From NCBI GenBank assembly GCA_043754785.1, contig JAYUUE010000090.1, positions 1 to 53,051 of the forward strand: a stretch of DNA of 53,051 nucleotides. The letters run 5' to 3'. The notes below the pieces were generated by a model, which was not told the origin of the DNA, did no database searches, and saw nothing but the letters and a program-made list of their open reading frames with translations. Both the position numbers and the translations under genes were made by a program. This DNA comes from Polymorphobacter sp. (GTDB lineage: Bacteria > Pseudomonadota > Alphaproteobacteria > Sphingomonadales > Sphingomonadaceae). Below are positions 1 to 8,791 of the stretch, piece by piece (within the stretch, counting starts at the first letter, position 1; each line of letters starts with the position of its first letter).

Positions 1-1
1 C

Positions 2-433
2 GATCTCTACCATGGCAAAATTGCGCGACTATGGCTTCTTGGAAACGAGAGTGCAGGACATCTGGCTGTAGCGAAAACGCCGGTGCCCGCGGACTTCGAC
101 CGGGATCAGCGCAGTCATGTCTTTACGTTCGACACCGACGTCCATCCGGCGCTGACGGCCGACCATGCTGACCGAGTGAACCAGTTTGGCCAAACGCTGG
201 TTGACGGTGCAGTCGCCTTCCCCAGCGCCGATGTCCGACATTCGCGCGTTCGTCCGATCGTGCTTCGCGCGTTCTCGAATGGCGAGCGGGCGGCGGTTCT
301 GCTGGCGGTGCAATCGGTGCGCGATCTCGATACCAGCGGCCCGGTCCTGTCTTATGCCGGCGTTCTCCTGGGCGCCGACGAGCGACTGGTATCGGATGGC
401 GCCGGCCTCGAACCAGAGGCGCTTTCGGCGTGA
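2..433 (+). CDS. Hypothetical protein, 5'-truncated by window edge
   Basis: The frame of ORF 83..433 stays open to position 2 (DLYHGKIARLWLLGNESAGHLAVAKTPVPADFDRD...LEPEALSA*). Converges on the SnoaL gene. No family recognised with confidence. Confidence 0.55.
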   Translation, partial: DLYHGKIARLWLLGNESAGHLAVAKTPVPADFDRDQRSHVFTFDTDVHPALTADHADRVNQFGQTLVDGAVAFPSADVRHSRVRPIVLRAFSNGERAAVLLAVQSVRDLDTSGPVLSYAGVLLGADERLVSDGAGLEPEALSA

Positions 434-573
434 TTCCGCCCGCGCGCTGCTCGCCGCGGTGCGCGAATCCCGCCACCGCCGATACCTGTACGCGTGCCGG
501 TCGTTTACCCTATCATTCGACAGGCAACTGGCTTTCCAACCCTTGCGAAGCAGGTCCATCAGGACCTGATCGT

Positions 574-1755
574 CTATTGCGCCACCCGTGTCCGCATTTT
601 CGATGGGTCGACGCGGAATTGGAGGTCGTGGAACAGGTCCATTCCCATCTGGTCCACGATGTGCGGGATGTCCATCATCACCCAATTATCGTAGATCTTC
701 CCATCGTTATCGAGTCGATACCAATCGGCCACCCTCATTTCGATCCGCCGTCCGGTCGGAGGCAACCCGAGCCATTCTGGCCCTGTGTGCGTACCATTAA
801 GGGACGGGAATCCCCCCGTGACGCCAAAAAGGCCGTCGCCGAGCCTGATATAGTGCCCAGGCGCGTCCTCCTTGCCGCCTACTTCGCGCTTCCACCCGGT
901 GCGATCGGGAAAGGCCTGCAAGAACAGCGCGCCGTGAAAGTCTCGAAAGCCGCGTAGACCGCGCATCGAACCGATACCGGCAGGGCCATACCAATTCATA
1001 TTTGCATGCCAGTGCGGACTATGTGCGCTTGGCTGTCCAAGCGTGGCGCGAATCTCGTTCTGCTTGGGCAATCCGCCTTGCATCTCGCGAACAATGCGTA
1101 GCGTCTCGGCACCGCGCACCGGGTCGTGGCTGATAGCCGTGGCACCGGTGTCGCATGGCGGGAATGGCCAGGCCTCGCTTGTGCCCGGCATCGGGCGGAA
1201 CGGGTAGAAACCGGCCTGACGCATCAGATCGACCAGATCGAGCAGCACATAGGCCTTTGCGATCTTTTTGTCCCGGATGACGGCGTTAAATCCAAAGCTG
1301 AGGAATGCCACCCCATGCGTCGGGGGAATGCCGACCAGGGGCGCGTCGAAGGTGCCCATGACATGGCCCCAGCTGCTTGCCATGGCGCGGCCTTCATATT
1401 CACTTCCCAAAACCATGGCGATCCGCTGCTCGTAATCGGGGAACGCACGGCGCAGCGGAAGCCAGAACTTTTCAGCAGCCTCGTCCAGCCCGTCGAGCGT
1501 GTTGAACGGGTGGAAAACCTTGAACTGGCAGTTGGGATGGCAGAATCTCCCGAGTACTTCGCGGGCATCACCGGCAGCCATTTCGGTCAAAAAAGCTGCA
1601 ACCAGCTGCTTGTTGGCGGCGTGGAGCGACGTTTTGCTTATGGCGCCTGAGGATTTTGCCGAGGCAGGTTGCCCTGCACCGAGCAAGAGCGGGGCCGCTA
1701 CCACTGCTGCACCGCCCCGCGCGACTAGCGAGCGTCTTGTGACATTCGAAACCAC
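574..1755 (-). CDS. Tat-exported ester cyclase / tandem SnoaL (NTF2-like) protein
   Basis: N-terminal TRRSLV twin-arginine signal ending in ASA. Two SnoaL-like repeats (LRRAFPD...GIPPT and FLQAFPD...WLGLPPTGRRIEMRVADWYR...IYDNWVMMD). AGGAGG RBS before the GTG start. Confidence 0.85.
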   Translation of the reverse strand: MVSNVTRRSLVARGGAAVVAAPLLLGAGQPASAKSSGAISKTSLHAANKQLVAAFLTEMAAGDAREVLGRFCHPNCQFKVFHPFNTLDGLDEAAEKFWLPLRRAFPDYEQRIAMVLGSEYEGRAMASSWGHVMGTFDAPLVGIPPTHGVAFLSFGFNAVIRDKKIAKAYVLLDLVDLMRQAGFYPFRPMPGTSEAWPFPPCDTGATAISHDPVRGAETLRIVREMQGGLPKQNEIRATLGQPSAHSPHWHANMNWYGPAGIGSMRGLRGFRDFHGALFLQAFPDRTGWKREVGGKEDAPGHYIRLGDGLFGVTGGFPSLNGTHTGPEWLGLPPTGRRIEMRVADWYRLDNDGKIYDNWVMMDIPHIVDQMGMDLFHDLQFRVDPSKMRTRVAQ

Positions 1756-2374
1756 GAGAGCCTCCTGAATTCCACCCGAAGATTATCAGGACTGACTGCC
1801 AATGCAAATGACAATGTTACAGGTAGGCGCCTCTGGTCTGGATTGGCTGCAAGCCGATGAGAAATTCGTCACAATCATGGGTTGAATCTGAAAAATATTT
1901 TGAGGTCATCAACCTCAACGTCGAAGCAGGAAGATTCTCATTCTGGTCTCACTTAACGATCGGCTATCGTTCACCCTCTGCGACCGTGACCCGATCGGAA
2001 TTGCCGCAACCCAGCCCGATGCGACGTGCCATTGCGAAAAGCCCGAGCTCTATACAGCTGACATGAACGCCCGCAGAATTGTGCCGGCAAGCAGCCAGTG
2101 GAACAGCCGCAGCGGCAGATCCCAAACTCTGACATCGGAGGATGCAGCTTTTGTGCTTGCCGGCGTGATCGAGCAGAAGAAAACTCGCACCTTGCAAGAA
2201 TGGCCTATCAAGCGCGATCCCCGGTTCAGTCTCCTATGGTGTCGGATGGCGTGCTTTCAACGCATTGCGCTTTGACCTGTCCGTGCGCATAACGATTGTC
2301 GGGGTATGTGTCTGCACGGGGCGAGACCGATCGCACGCCTGACGCAAGCGCGAAATCGGACAAGGGGGATTTTC

Positions 2375-2949
2375 ATGATTACAAAGTTTGGCGCCGCCGC
2401 AGCACTATTTCTGGCCACGTCTTTGGCAGCGCAGGTAATCGTACCGGCATCGAATGCGCCGGTTATGGTCTCGGGAGCTCAGAATGTCACGGTCGTCCCG
2501 CAGCAGGTGACTGGTGATGTGTTGCGCGCCGGCGCACCAATTCCTGTCGTCCTTTCAGAACCACTTACGACAAAAGGAAAGTCGCTGAAGGTTGGCCAGC
2601 GGGTGCGACTGGAGGTCGCCCAAGACGTCATGGTCAACGGCCGCCTTGTCATTCCTGCGCGGAGCCCCGTCGAGGGGGTTCTGACCGAAGTGCGGAACAA
2701 GGGCATGTGGGGGAAATCCGGCGGATCAAACTCAAGATTTCGTCCGTTAACATCAACGGTACGAATATCCGCCTAACCGGGGAAATGGACGACCGAGGCG
2801 AAACCGGCACAGCAGGAGTGGTTGGGGCTGTCGTAGCATTCCCGCTCGCAGGATTTTTTGTAACCGGCACAAGCGCTGAAATGCCGCTTAACATGCCTGG
2901 GCGCGCGTTCCTTGACCAAGACATCGCACTAGCTCCCGTCAAGCAGTAG
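2375..2949 (+). pseudogene. Exported hypothetical protein, split by a 1-nt frameshift near 2722
   Basis: Signal peptide MITKFGAAAALFLATSLAA. ...VRNKGMWGKSG (ORF 2306..2776) continues naturally as IKLKISSVNINGTNIRLTGEMDDRGETGTAGVVGA... in ORF 2707..2949. Confidence 0.7.
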
Positions 2950-3274
2950 CCTGTTCCTCGTTCCCTGGTCCACGCCTTGTTGTTAGGGGGCAACGGGCGG
3001 TTATTCATTCGTCGCTTTCCCATAGGAGGCGCATAGTTCCAGCAAGCTGCCACTTCGCTGGCGCGCAATAGGAGGGCAGGGCCAAAGGGCAGGGTTCAGC
3101 CGCGGCGGCATGACGCTCTTGCTCAGCCGCAGATCTTTTCGCATGGAACATCATCACCGTCGCGATCTAGGCGCGTCACGTTCAGTCCGCGAACCCAAGA
3201 CGTAGGCGCAGCCACTCCGGACGGCGTCAGCGAAGGAGATATCGGTCAGTTCGGATTGGCATCCAGTTACGGGC

Positions 3275-3574
3275 GTGTCGTTTTCGATGTACGCGACTAT
3301 CGCAGTGCCAGCCGGATCCTCGGCACTCTTCCCAGTCACAAAGACCGAAGACGCCGGCGAGGACTGCTACGGCAACGGTGCCTGCGGTGCCTGCGGTGGC
3401 TGCGGTGCCTCCGGCGCCTGTTTCATGGGACCGGCCGGTCATCGCAATTCGCTGGTCGCCCAGCGCAAGATGGACAACGCGGGTAAAGAACCTGCCCGAT
3501 TTGCCGAATGCGGCCTTTTTCTCGACTTTGGTCGCTTCGCCAACGCCACGGGTAAGACCCCCCCCTGCGCCTGA
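3275..3574 (+). CDS. Small Cys/Gly-rich ORF, or 3' part of a frameshifted gene
   Basis: Coding-like GC3-rich codons. Contains EDCYGNGACGACGGCGASGACF. Followed by a terminator. No clear RBS. Confidence 0.35.
   Translation: MSFSMYATIAVPAGSSALFPVTKTEDAGEDCYGNGACGACGGCGASGACFMGPAGHRNSLVAQRKMDNAGKEPARFAECGLFLDFGRFANATGKTPPCA
3377..3421. repeat. 9-bp tandem repeat, 5 imperfect copies
   Basis: ggtgcctgc ggtgcctgc ggtggctgc ggtgcctcc ggcgcctgt. Confidence 0.85.
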
Positions 3575-3665
3575 GATGTCTCCCTCATCTCGACCTACCC
3601 ACCTGCATCGAACGCAACGGGACACGTGTGCGGCAAAGGTCAAATCCTGTCCCCGCAACCAGATT

Positions 3666-3700
3666 AAACCCGTTCAGCTATTCGCCTGGCCGGGTTTTTT
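3666..3700 (+). terminator. Rho-independent terminator
   Basis: AAACCCG-TTCAG...CTGGC-CGGGTTT hairpin running into a T6 tract. Confidence 0.7.
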
Positions 3701-3736
3701 CATTGTCTAGCGCCACACCTGCGCTACATTGAGTGC

Positions 3737-4120
3737 ATGAGTGATACGATCTCGGCACAGGGGGGCTGCCACTGCGGCGCGGTCCGCTTTGCCGTGCGCA
3801 TTCCGGCGGCACCGGCGCTGCTCGATTGCAGTTGCTCGATCTGCCGCAAGACCGGATTCCTGCACCTCATCGCGGTCGCCGCCGATTTCTCGCTGATGGC
3901 CGGTGAAGGCGAGCTCACCGAATATCGCTTCGGGACTAGCACAGCCCGGCATTTGTTCTCCAGACGTTGCGGCATCAAGAGTTTTTACGTGCCGCGTTCG
4001 CATCCCGACGGCTTCAGCGTCAACTGGCGAGCACTTGATAGTGTCCCCGGCATCGCGCCGCGGGTCATTCCATTCGAAGGTGTCGAATGGGAGCGCGGCC
4101 ATGCGGCGTTGCAAGTATGA
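3737..4120 (+). CDS. GFA / CENP-V family zinc protein
   Basis: GGCHCGAVRF, DCSCSICRK and HLFSRRCGIKSFYVPRSHPDG motifs. Confidence 0.9.
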   Translation: MSDTISAQGGCHCGAVRFAVRIPAAPALLDCSCSICRKTGFLHLIAVAADFSLMAGEGELTEYRFGTSTARHLFSRRCGIKSFYVPRSHPDGFSVNWRALDSVPGIAPRVIPFEGVEWERGHAALQV

Positions 4121-4491
4121 GCCATGTTACCCCTGACGCCGATGCCCCCGCCGCACCGACGATCGGTTTCGGCGACTGGCTGAAGGCCGATGTCCGCATT
4201 GGCACCATCACCCAGGCGGCGCCTTTCCCCGAGGCACGCAAACCTTCGCTCAAGCTGGTCATCGATTTCGGCTCCGTCATCGGGTTGCGCACATCGAGCG
4301 CGCAGATCACTCGCCACTACGACGTTGCCGTCCTCGTTGGTCGTCAGGTCATCGCTGTGGTCAATTTCCCGCCGCGGCAAATCGGCAAGTTCATGTCGGA
4401 GGTGTTGACGCTTGGTGTTCCCGATGCCGACGGCGAAGTCGTGCTTCTGGCACCAAGCCACGCGGTGCCAAATGGCGGTCGCCTCTTCTGA
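4117..4491 (+). CDS. csaA: tRNA-binding / secretion chaperone CsaA
   Basis: DVRIGTI...FPEARKPSLKLVIDFG...SSAQIT...VVNFPPRQIGKFMSEVLTLG. ATGA overlap with the GFA stop. Confidence 0.9.
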   Translation: MSHVTPDADAPAAPTIGFGDWLKADVRIGTITQAAPFPEARKPSLKLVIDFGSVIGLRTSSAQITRHYDVAVLVGRQVIAVVNFPPRQIGKFMSEVLTLGVPDADGEVVLLAPSHAVPNGGRLF

Positions 4492-4529
4492 AGGGCGTCC
4501 TGGGCAAAGCCCAAACCGGAGGCCCTTTT
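4491..4529. terminator. Hairpin between convergent csaA and aroC
   Basis: AAGGGC...TGGGCAAAGCCCA...GCCCTTTT nested inverted repeat. Confidence 0.5.
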
Positions 4530-5598
4530 ACCGCCCGGTCTGCCCGCGATGCATCAGTTTCGCGTCGGCGAGCACCAGCGCCACCATTGCCTCCATCACC
4601 GGCGCGGCGCGAATGCCGACACACGGGTCGTGGCGGCCTTTGGTGACGATAGCGGTTGCAGCGCCGTTGCGGGTGATCGTTTCGACCGGAGTGAGGATGG
4701 ATGATGTCGGCTTGAGCGCCATCCGCACCACGATAGGTTGCCCTGTGGAAATCCCACCGGCAGTGCCGCCGCTATGGTTGGAAAGGAACTGCGGGCCGTC
4801 GCTGCCAGGTCGCATCGCATCGGCGTTCTCCTCGCCGCGCAACCCCGCCGCGCCGAAGCCGTCGCCGATTTCGACTCCCTTCACCGCATTGATGCCCATG
4901 CACGCGGCGGCGAGCTGGCTGTCAAGCTTTTGATACAATGGCGATCCCCAGCCGGCAGGCACACCGGTTGCGGTGCATTCGACGATCGCGCCCAGCGATG
5001 AACCGGCTTTGCGTGCCGCATCGAGTGCCACTTCCCATTGCACTGCCGCCACTGGATCAGGGCAGAAGAACGGATTGCGGTCAATTTCCGGATCATCGAA
5101 ACGGTCGCGCTCGATGGCAATGCCGCCGAGTTCGACGAGATACGCCCGGACGCGCACCTCCGGAATCACTGCGCGCGCCACCGCACCGGCCGCTACCCGC
5201 GCTGCGGTCTCCCGCGCCGAGGATCGCCCGCCGCCGCGCGGATCGCGGTGACCGTATTTGGCGTCATAGGCGTAGTCGGCATGGCCCGGACGGTAGGCGT
5301 TGGAGATTTCGGCATAGTCCTTCGATTGCTGATCGAGGTTCTTTATCATCAGCGAAATAGGCGTGCCGGTGGTCAGGCCTTCATGCACGCCCGACAAGAT
5401 CCGCACCTGGTCGGGCTCCTGCCGCTGCGTGGTGAAGCGTGACGTGCCGGGCCGACGCTTGTCGAGCCATGGTTGAATATCGGCTTCGGACAGTGCGAGC
5501 CCCGGCGGGCATCCATCGACGACCGCACCGATGGCAGGCCCATGCGATTCGCCCCAGGTCGTAAAACGGAAAAGCTGGCCAAAGCTGTTGTGGGTCAT
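4528..5598 (-). CDS. aroC: Chorismate synthase
   Basis: [24 protein letters not shown] and KGRHDPCV signatures. Confidence 0.98.
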   Translation of the reverse strand: MTHNSFGQLFRFTTWGESHGPAIGAVVDGCPPGLALSEADIQPWLDKRRPGTSRFTTQRQEPDQVRILSGVHEGLTTGTPISLMIKNLDQQSKDYAEISNAYRPGHADYAYDAKYGHRDPRGGGRSSARETAARVAAGAVARAVIPEVRVRAYLVELGGIAIERDRFDDPEIDRNPFFCPDPVAAVQWEVALDAARKAGSSLGAIVECTATGVPAGWGSPLYQKLDSQLAAACMGINAVKGVEIGDGFGAAGLRGEENADAMRPGSDGPQFLSNHSGGTAGGISTGQPIVVRMALKPTSSILTPVETITRNGAATAIVTKGRHDPCVGIRAAPVMEAMVALVLADAKLMHRGQTGR

Positions 5599-5957
5599 GC
5601 TTCGATGAACTCGATCCGGTTGCCGAAAGGGTCGGCCGTGAAAAAGCGCGCGCGGCCGGCAACGGGCGTGTCGTCATGCGTCGCATAGCCAGCCGCAGTA
5701 AGCCGATCCCGCAACGTCGCCAGGGCCGACGTGCGCAATGCCACATGCGCCTTCCTTGCGGCGCGAAAGTCCGCCTCGACTCCCAGATGAAGCTGCAATT
5801 GATCGACCGCAAACCAGCATCCGCCCCGCTGGGCCTGATCGGCGGGCTTGGGAATTTCCGGCAGGCCGAGCAATGGGCCAAAGAAGGCGCGCGCTTTATC
5901 CTCACCGCCGACCGGCATCGCAATCTGGACATGATCGATTGCCAGCATTGGCTTCAA
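5595..5957 (-). CDS. VOC / glyoxalase family protein
   Basis: IDHVQIAMP...LHLGVE...KAHVAL...[11 protein letters not shown]. 4-nt overlaps with both neighbours. Confidence 0.9.
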   Translation of the reverse strand: MKPMLAIDHVQIAMPVGGEDKARAFFGPLLGLPEIPKPADQAQRGGCWFAVDQLQLHLGVEADFRAARKAHVALRTSALATLRDRLTAAGYATHDDTPVAGRARFFTADPFGNRIEFIEA

Positions 5958-6757
5958 TCCACGCTCATGTCCGGGGCGTCCTCGGCCTTCATGCCGATGA
6001 CATTATACCCGGCATCGACGTGGTGGATCTCACCCGTCACGCCCGATGCCAGATCGCTGAGCAGATAGACGCCGGCGCCACCGACATCCTCGATGGTCAC
6101 ATTGCGGCGCAGCGGCGAATTATATTCGTTCCATTTCAGGATATAGCGGAAGTCCCCGATCCCGCTGGCCGCGAGCGTCTTGATCGGTCCAGCGGAAATG
6201 GCGTTGACCCGGATATTCTGCGGCCCCAGATCCATCGCCAGATATTTCACCGAAGTTTCCAACGCCGATTTTGCCACGCCCATGACGTTATAGTGCGGGA
6301 TGACCTTTTCGGCGCCATAATAGCTTAGGGTCAGCAGCGATCCGCCATTTGTCATCATCGGGATTGCCCGTTGCGATATTGTTGTGAAGCTGAAGACACT
6401 GACATTCATCGTCAGCAGGAAATTTTCGAGCGACGTGTCGACATAGCGGCCGCGAAGCTCATTCTTGTCGGAAAAGCCGATAGCGTGGACCAGGAAGTCG
6501 ATGGTGCCCCAATCCGCAGTCAACGACGCGAACATCGCATCGATGCTCGCCATGTCGGTGACGTCACACTCGTAAAGCCTTGCCATCCCGAGCGATTCGG
6601 CTAGCGGACGCACGCGCTTTTCCAGCGCCTCGCCTTGAAATGAAAAGGCGATCTCGCCGCCCTGTTCGGCGATGGCCTTGGCGATGCCCCAGGCGAGGCT
6701 GCGATCATTGGCGACGCCCATGATCAGGCCGCGCTTGCCACTCATGATTCCGGCCAT
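5954..6757 (-). CDS. fabI: Enoyl-ACP reductase
   Basis: GLIMGVANDRSLAWGIA, YNVMGVAK (Y-x6-K) and NAISAGPIKTLAASGI. Confidence 0.97.
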   Translation of the reverse strand: MAGIMSGKRGLIMGVANDRSLAWGIAKAIAEQGGEIAFSFQGEALEKRVRPLAESLGMARLYECDVTDMASIDAMFASLTADWGTIDFLVHAIGFSDKNELRGRYVDTSLENFLLTMNVSVFSFTTISQRAIPMMTNGGSLLTLSYYGAEKVIPHYNVMGVAKSALETSVKYLAMDLGPQNIRVNAISAGPIKTLAASGIGDFRYILKWNEYNSPLRRNVTIEDVGGAGVYLLSDLASGVTGEIHHVDAGYNVIGMKAEDAPDMSVD

Positions 6758-7677
6758 TGTGCTCCATTCATGCTGCGGCGGTTTGCATTGCCTTTACCCG
6801 CCTCTACCCGTTTTTGCCGCGCCTTGGCGAGTGCCGCGTTTAAATGCGCACCCGTGACCAGCCCCATGCCGATGATGTAAAAGAACAACAGCGCCACGAT
6901 GACTCCGGCGAGCGAGCCATAGGTAAGGCTGTAGCCGCCCCCGGCAAAGCCCAAGGCCCAGGGCATGCCCATCGTCGTGCCGACCCAAGTCACAGTCGTG
7001 ACCAGCGCGCCTGGCCAGATGCGAAAGCTGGGCCCGCGAAAGCGCTTTGGGGTCAACACATAGAAAATCGCATAAAGCGCTGCGAAAATCGCCGCTGCCG
7101 GCAGCAGTCTTTGAAAGCCGATACCGGCGATGATCGCTTCGGCTTGCGGCATCAGCGCCGTGACGAAGGTCTCGGCGCCGGTCAGGATCACCTGCGCTGC
7201 AAAAGCGACAAGCATCAGGACGCAGGCCGCGAACACGAACGCCATCGATGCGATACGATATTGCCAGACCGGCACCACGGCTTTGGTGCCATAGGCGCGG
7301 CGGATGATGTCGCGGATCGTTTCGATAAAGGTCGTCACTGTCCACAGTGTTACCAGGATGCCAAAGGTCAACAGCCCGGCGGAGGCGCGGACTTCAGTAA
7401 CATCGGCGATCGGCTTGGCGACGAGCGCAGCGACATCGGGCGGCAGCAGCTTCATGAAGCCATGCAGCGCGCGGCCCCCATCCTCGGTCCGACCCAGCGA
7501 TCCGGCCAATGTCGCCAACACGATGAAAAACGGAAACAGCGTCAGCAAGGATAGATAGGCCAAATTGCCGGCATGGGTGAAACCGTCGGCCCATAACCCG
7601 CTAACCGTATCGCGAACGACCGCCCAGATGTGGCGGTGGCGCAGGATCAGACGGGACAACAGCGTCGGGGCGATCAC
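6742..7677 (-). CDS. YihY / virulence factor BrkB family membrane protein
   Basis: AGNLAYLSLLTLFPFFI, WPGALV and YSLTYGSLAGVIVALLFFY...GAHLNA. Multiple TM segments. Confidence 0.9.
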   Translation of the reverse strand: MIAPTLLSRLILRHRHIWAVVRDTVSGLWADGFTHAGNLAYLSLLTLFPFFIVLATLAGSLGRTEDGGRALHGFMKLLPPDVAALVAKPIADVTEVRASAGLLTFGILVTLWTVTTFIETIRDIIRRAYGTKAVVPVWQYRIASMAFVFAACVLMLVAFAAQVILTGAETFVTALMPQAEAIIAGIGFQRLLPAAAIFAALYAIFYVLTPKRFRGPSFRIWPGALVTTVTWVGTTMGMPWALGFAGGGYSLTYGSLAGVIVALLFFYIIGMGLVTGAHLNAALAKARQKRVEAGKGNANRRSMNGAQWPES

Positions 7678-7721
7678 AGGCTAACCTCTGCACCCGGCGG
7701 GAGAGGTGGCAGACGCCATCC

Positions 7722-8669
7722 TCACACCCCCAACTCGCGGCGGACCCCTCGGGTGTCATGCCAATTCTCCGCAAACGCCTTGAGCGCCGAATCGTCGGCC
7801 GGCAGGTCGACGATAACGGTTACCAGCTGGTCACCGCGGCTGCCGTCGGCCCGGCTGAAGCCGCGGGCCTTGAGCCGGAACACCTTCCCCGACGTCGTGC
7901 CCGGCGGCAACGTCAGGGTCACAGCGCCCGTTACGGTCGGCATACGGACTTTGGCGCCAAGAACCGCTTCGTTGAGCGTCACTGGCAGATCGAGGCGGAT
8001 ATCGTCACCATCACGGGTGAAAAACTTGTGCCGTCCGACCTCCAGCGTCACCAGCGCGTCACCACTGCCGCCCGGGCCCGCCTCCCCCTGGCCAGCCATG
8101 CGCAGCTGGCGCCCCGGTTCGAAGCCGGTGGGAAGTTTCAGCTCGACTGTCTTGCCACCCTTTAGCGTCACCCGCTGCGGTGCGAGATTGGCGGCATCGT
8201 CGAAAGTCACTGTCAGCCGATAGCTGACATCGGCGCCCTTTTGCTGGGTGCGGAAGCCGCCGCCGCCGCCGGCACCGCTGCCGCTGCTGAAGGGGCTACG
8301 GCCGCCGCCGAACAGTTCGGAAAAAATATCATCGGCACCGCCGGCGAAATCGAATCCGCCCGGCTGTGGCCGCTGGCTGCGGGCGAACGGATCACCGCCT
8401 GCCCGGCCGCCACCGCCTGAAAATCCGCCGGCGAACGGCGACGTCGGATTGCCGTCCGCGCCAATCTCGCCGCGATCGAAGCGGCCCTTTTTTTCGGAAT
8501 CCGACAGCATTTCATAGGCGCTGTTGGCTTCTTTGAAGAGCTCCAGCTTCTTGGCATTGTCCGCGTTGCGATCAGGATGATTTTCCTTGGCAAGCTTGCG
8601 ATAGGCCTTTTTGATGTCGGCATCGCTGGCGCCGCGCGCCACGCCCAGAACCTTGTAGGGATCGCGCAT
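7722..8669 (-). CDS. DnaJ-class chaperone (CbpA-like, no zinc finger)
   Basis: DPYKVLGV...AYRKLAKENHPD J-domain, G/F-rich linker and DnaJ C-terminal domain. Start could be a few codons upstream. Confidence 0.93.
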   Translation of the reverse strand: MRDPYKVLGVARGASDADIKKAYRKLAKENHPDRNADNAKKLELFKEANSAYEMLSDSEKKGRFDRGEIGADGNPTSPFAGGFSGGGGRAGGDPFARSQRPQPGGFDFAGGADDIFSELFGGGRSPFSSGSGAGGGGGFRTQQKGADVSYRLTVTFDDAANLAPQRVTLKGGKTVELKLPTGFEPGRQLRMAGQGEAGPGGSGDALVTLEVGRHKFFTRDGDDIRLDLPVTLNEAVLGAKVRMPTVTGAVTLTLPPGTTSGKVFRLKARGFSRADGSRGDQLVTVIVDLPADDSALKAFAENWHDTRGVRRELGV

Positions 8670-8694
8670 CGTCATCCTTGTCATCTCCCACGCT

Positions 8695-8723
8695 ACATGG
8701 AGATGTGCAACTGCGGCGGCAAG
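8695..8723 (-). promoter_or_regulatory. Candidate RpoH (sigma32)-type promoter of the DnaJ-class gene
   Basis: CTTGCC-N15-CTCCATGT on the minus strand, upstream of a chaperone gene. Confidence 0.4.
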
Positions 8724-8791
8724 CACAAGTGGTGACCATGCTACTCAACAGCGTGCAGCCACGGTAGGGTCGACCGAACAAGGAGTGGGCG

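Noticed and set aside
1857-2292. Short ORFs of 64-77 aa in the spacer after the SnoaL gene
   Set aside because: Atypical codon usage, no clear RBS, no motifs, and mutually overlapping.
3377-3421. Tandem repeat as a possible CRISPR array or iteron set
   Set aside because: The 9-bp units have no spacers, and there is no cas or rep gene in the window.
3404-3470. VPPAPVSW... as a decayed PEPxxWA-CTERM sorting signal
   Set aside because: There is no intact hydrophobic helix or basic tail in that frame, so the resemblance is too weak.
4491-4529. Nested hairpin as a possible riboswitch or SRP-like ncRNA
   Set aside because: Too short, lacks the SRP core motif, and sits between convergent stop codons, so a terminator explains it.
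7689-7703. tgcacccggc match to the 3' end of tRNA-Arg, as a possible att site
   Set aside because: Only 10 bp in GC-rich DNA, with a similar match near 16422. The intervening genes look core and there is no integrase in the window.
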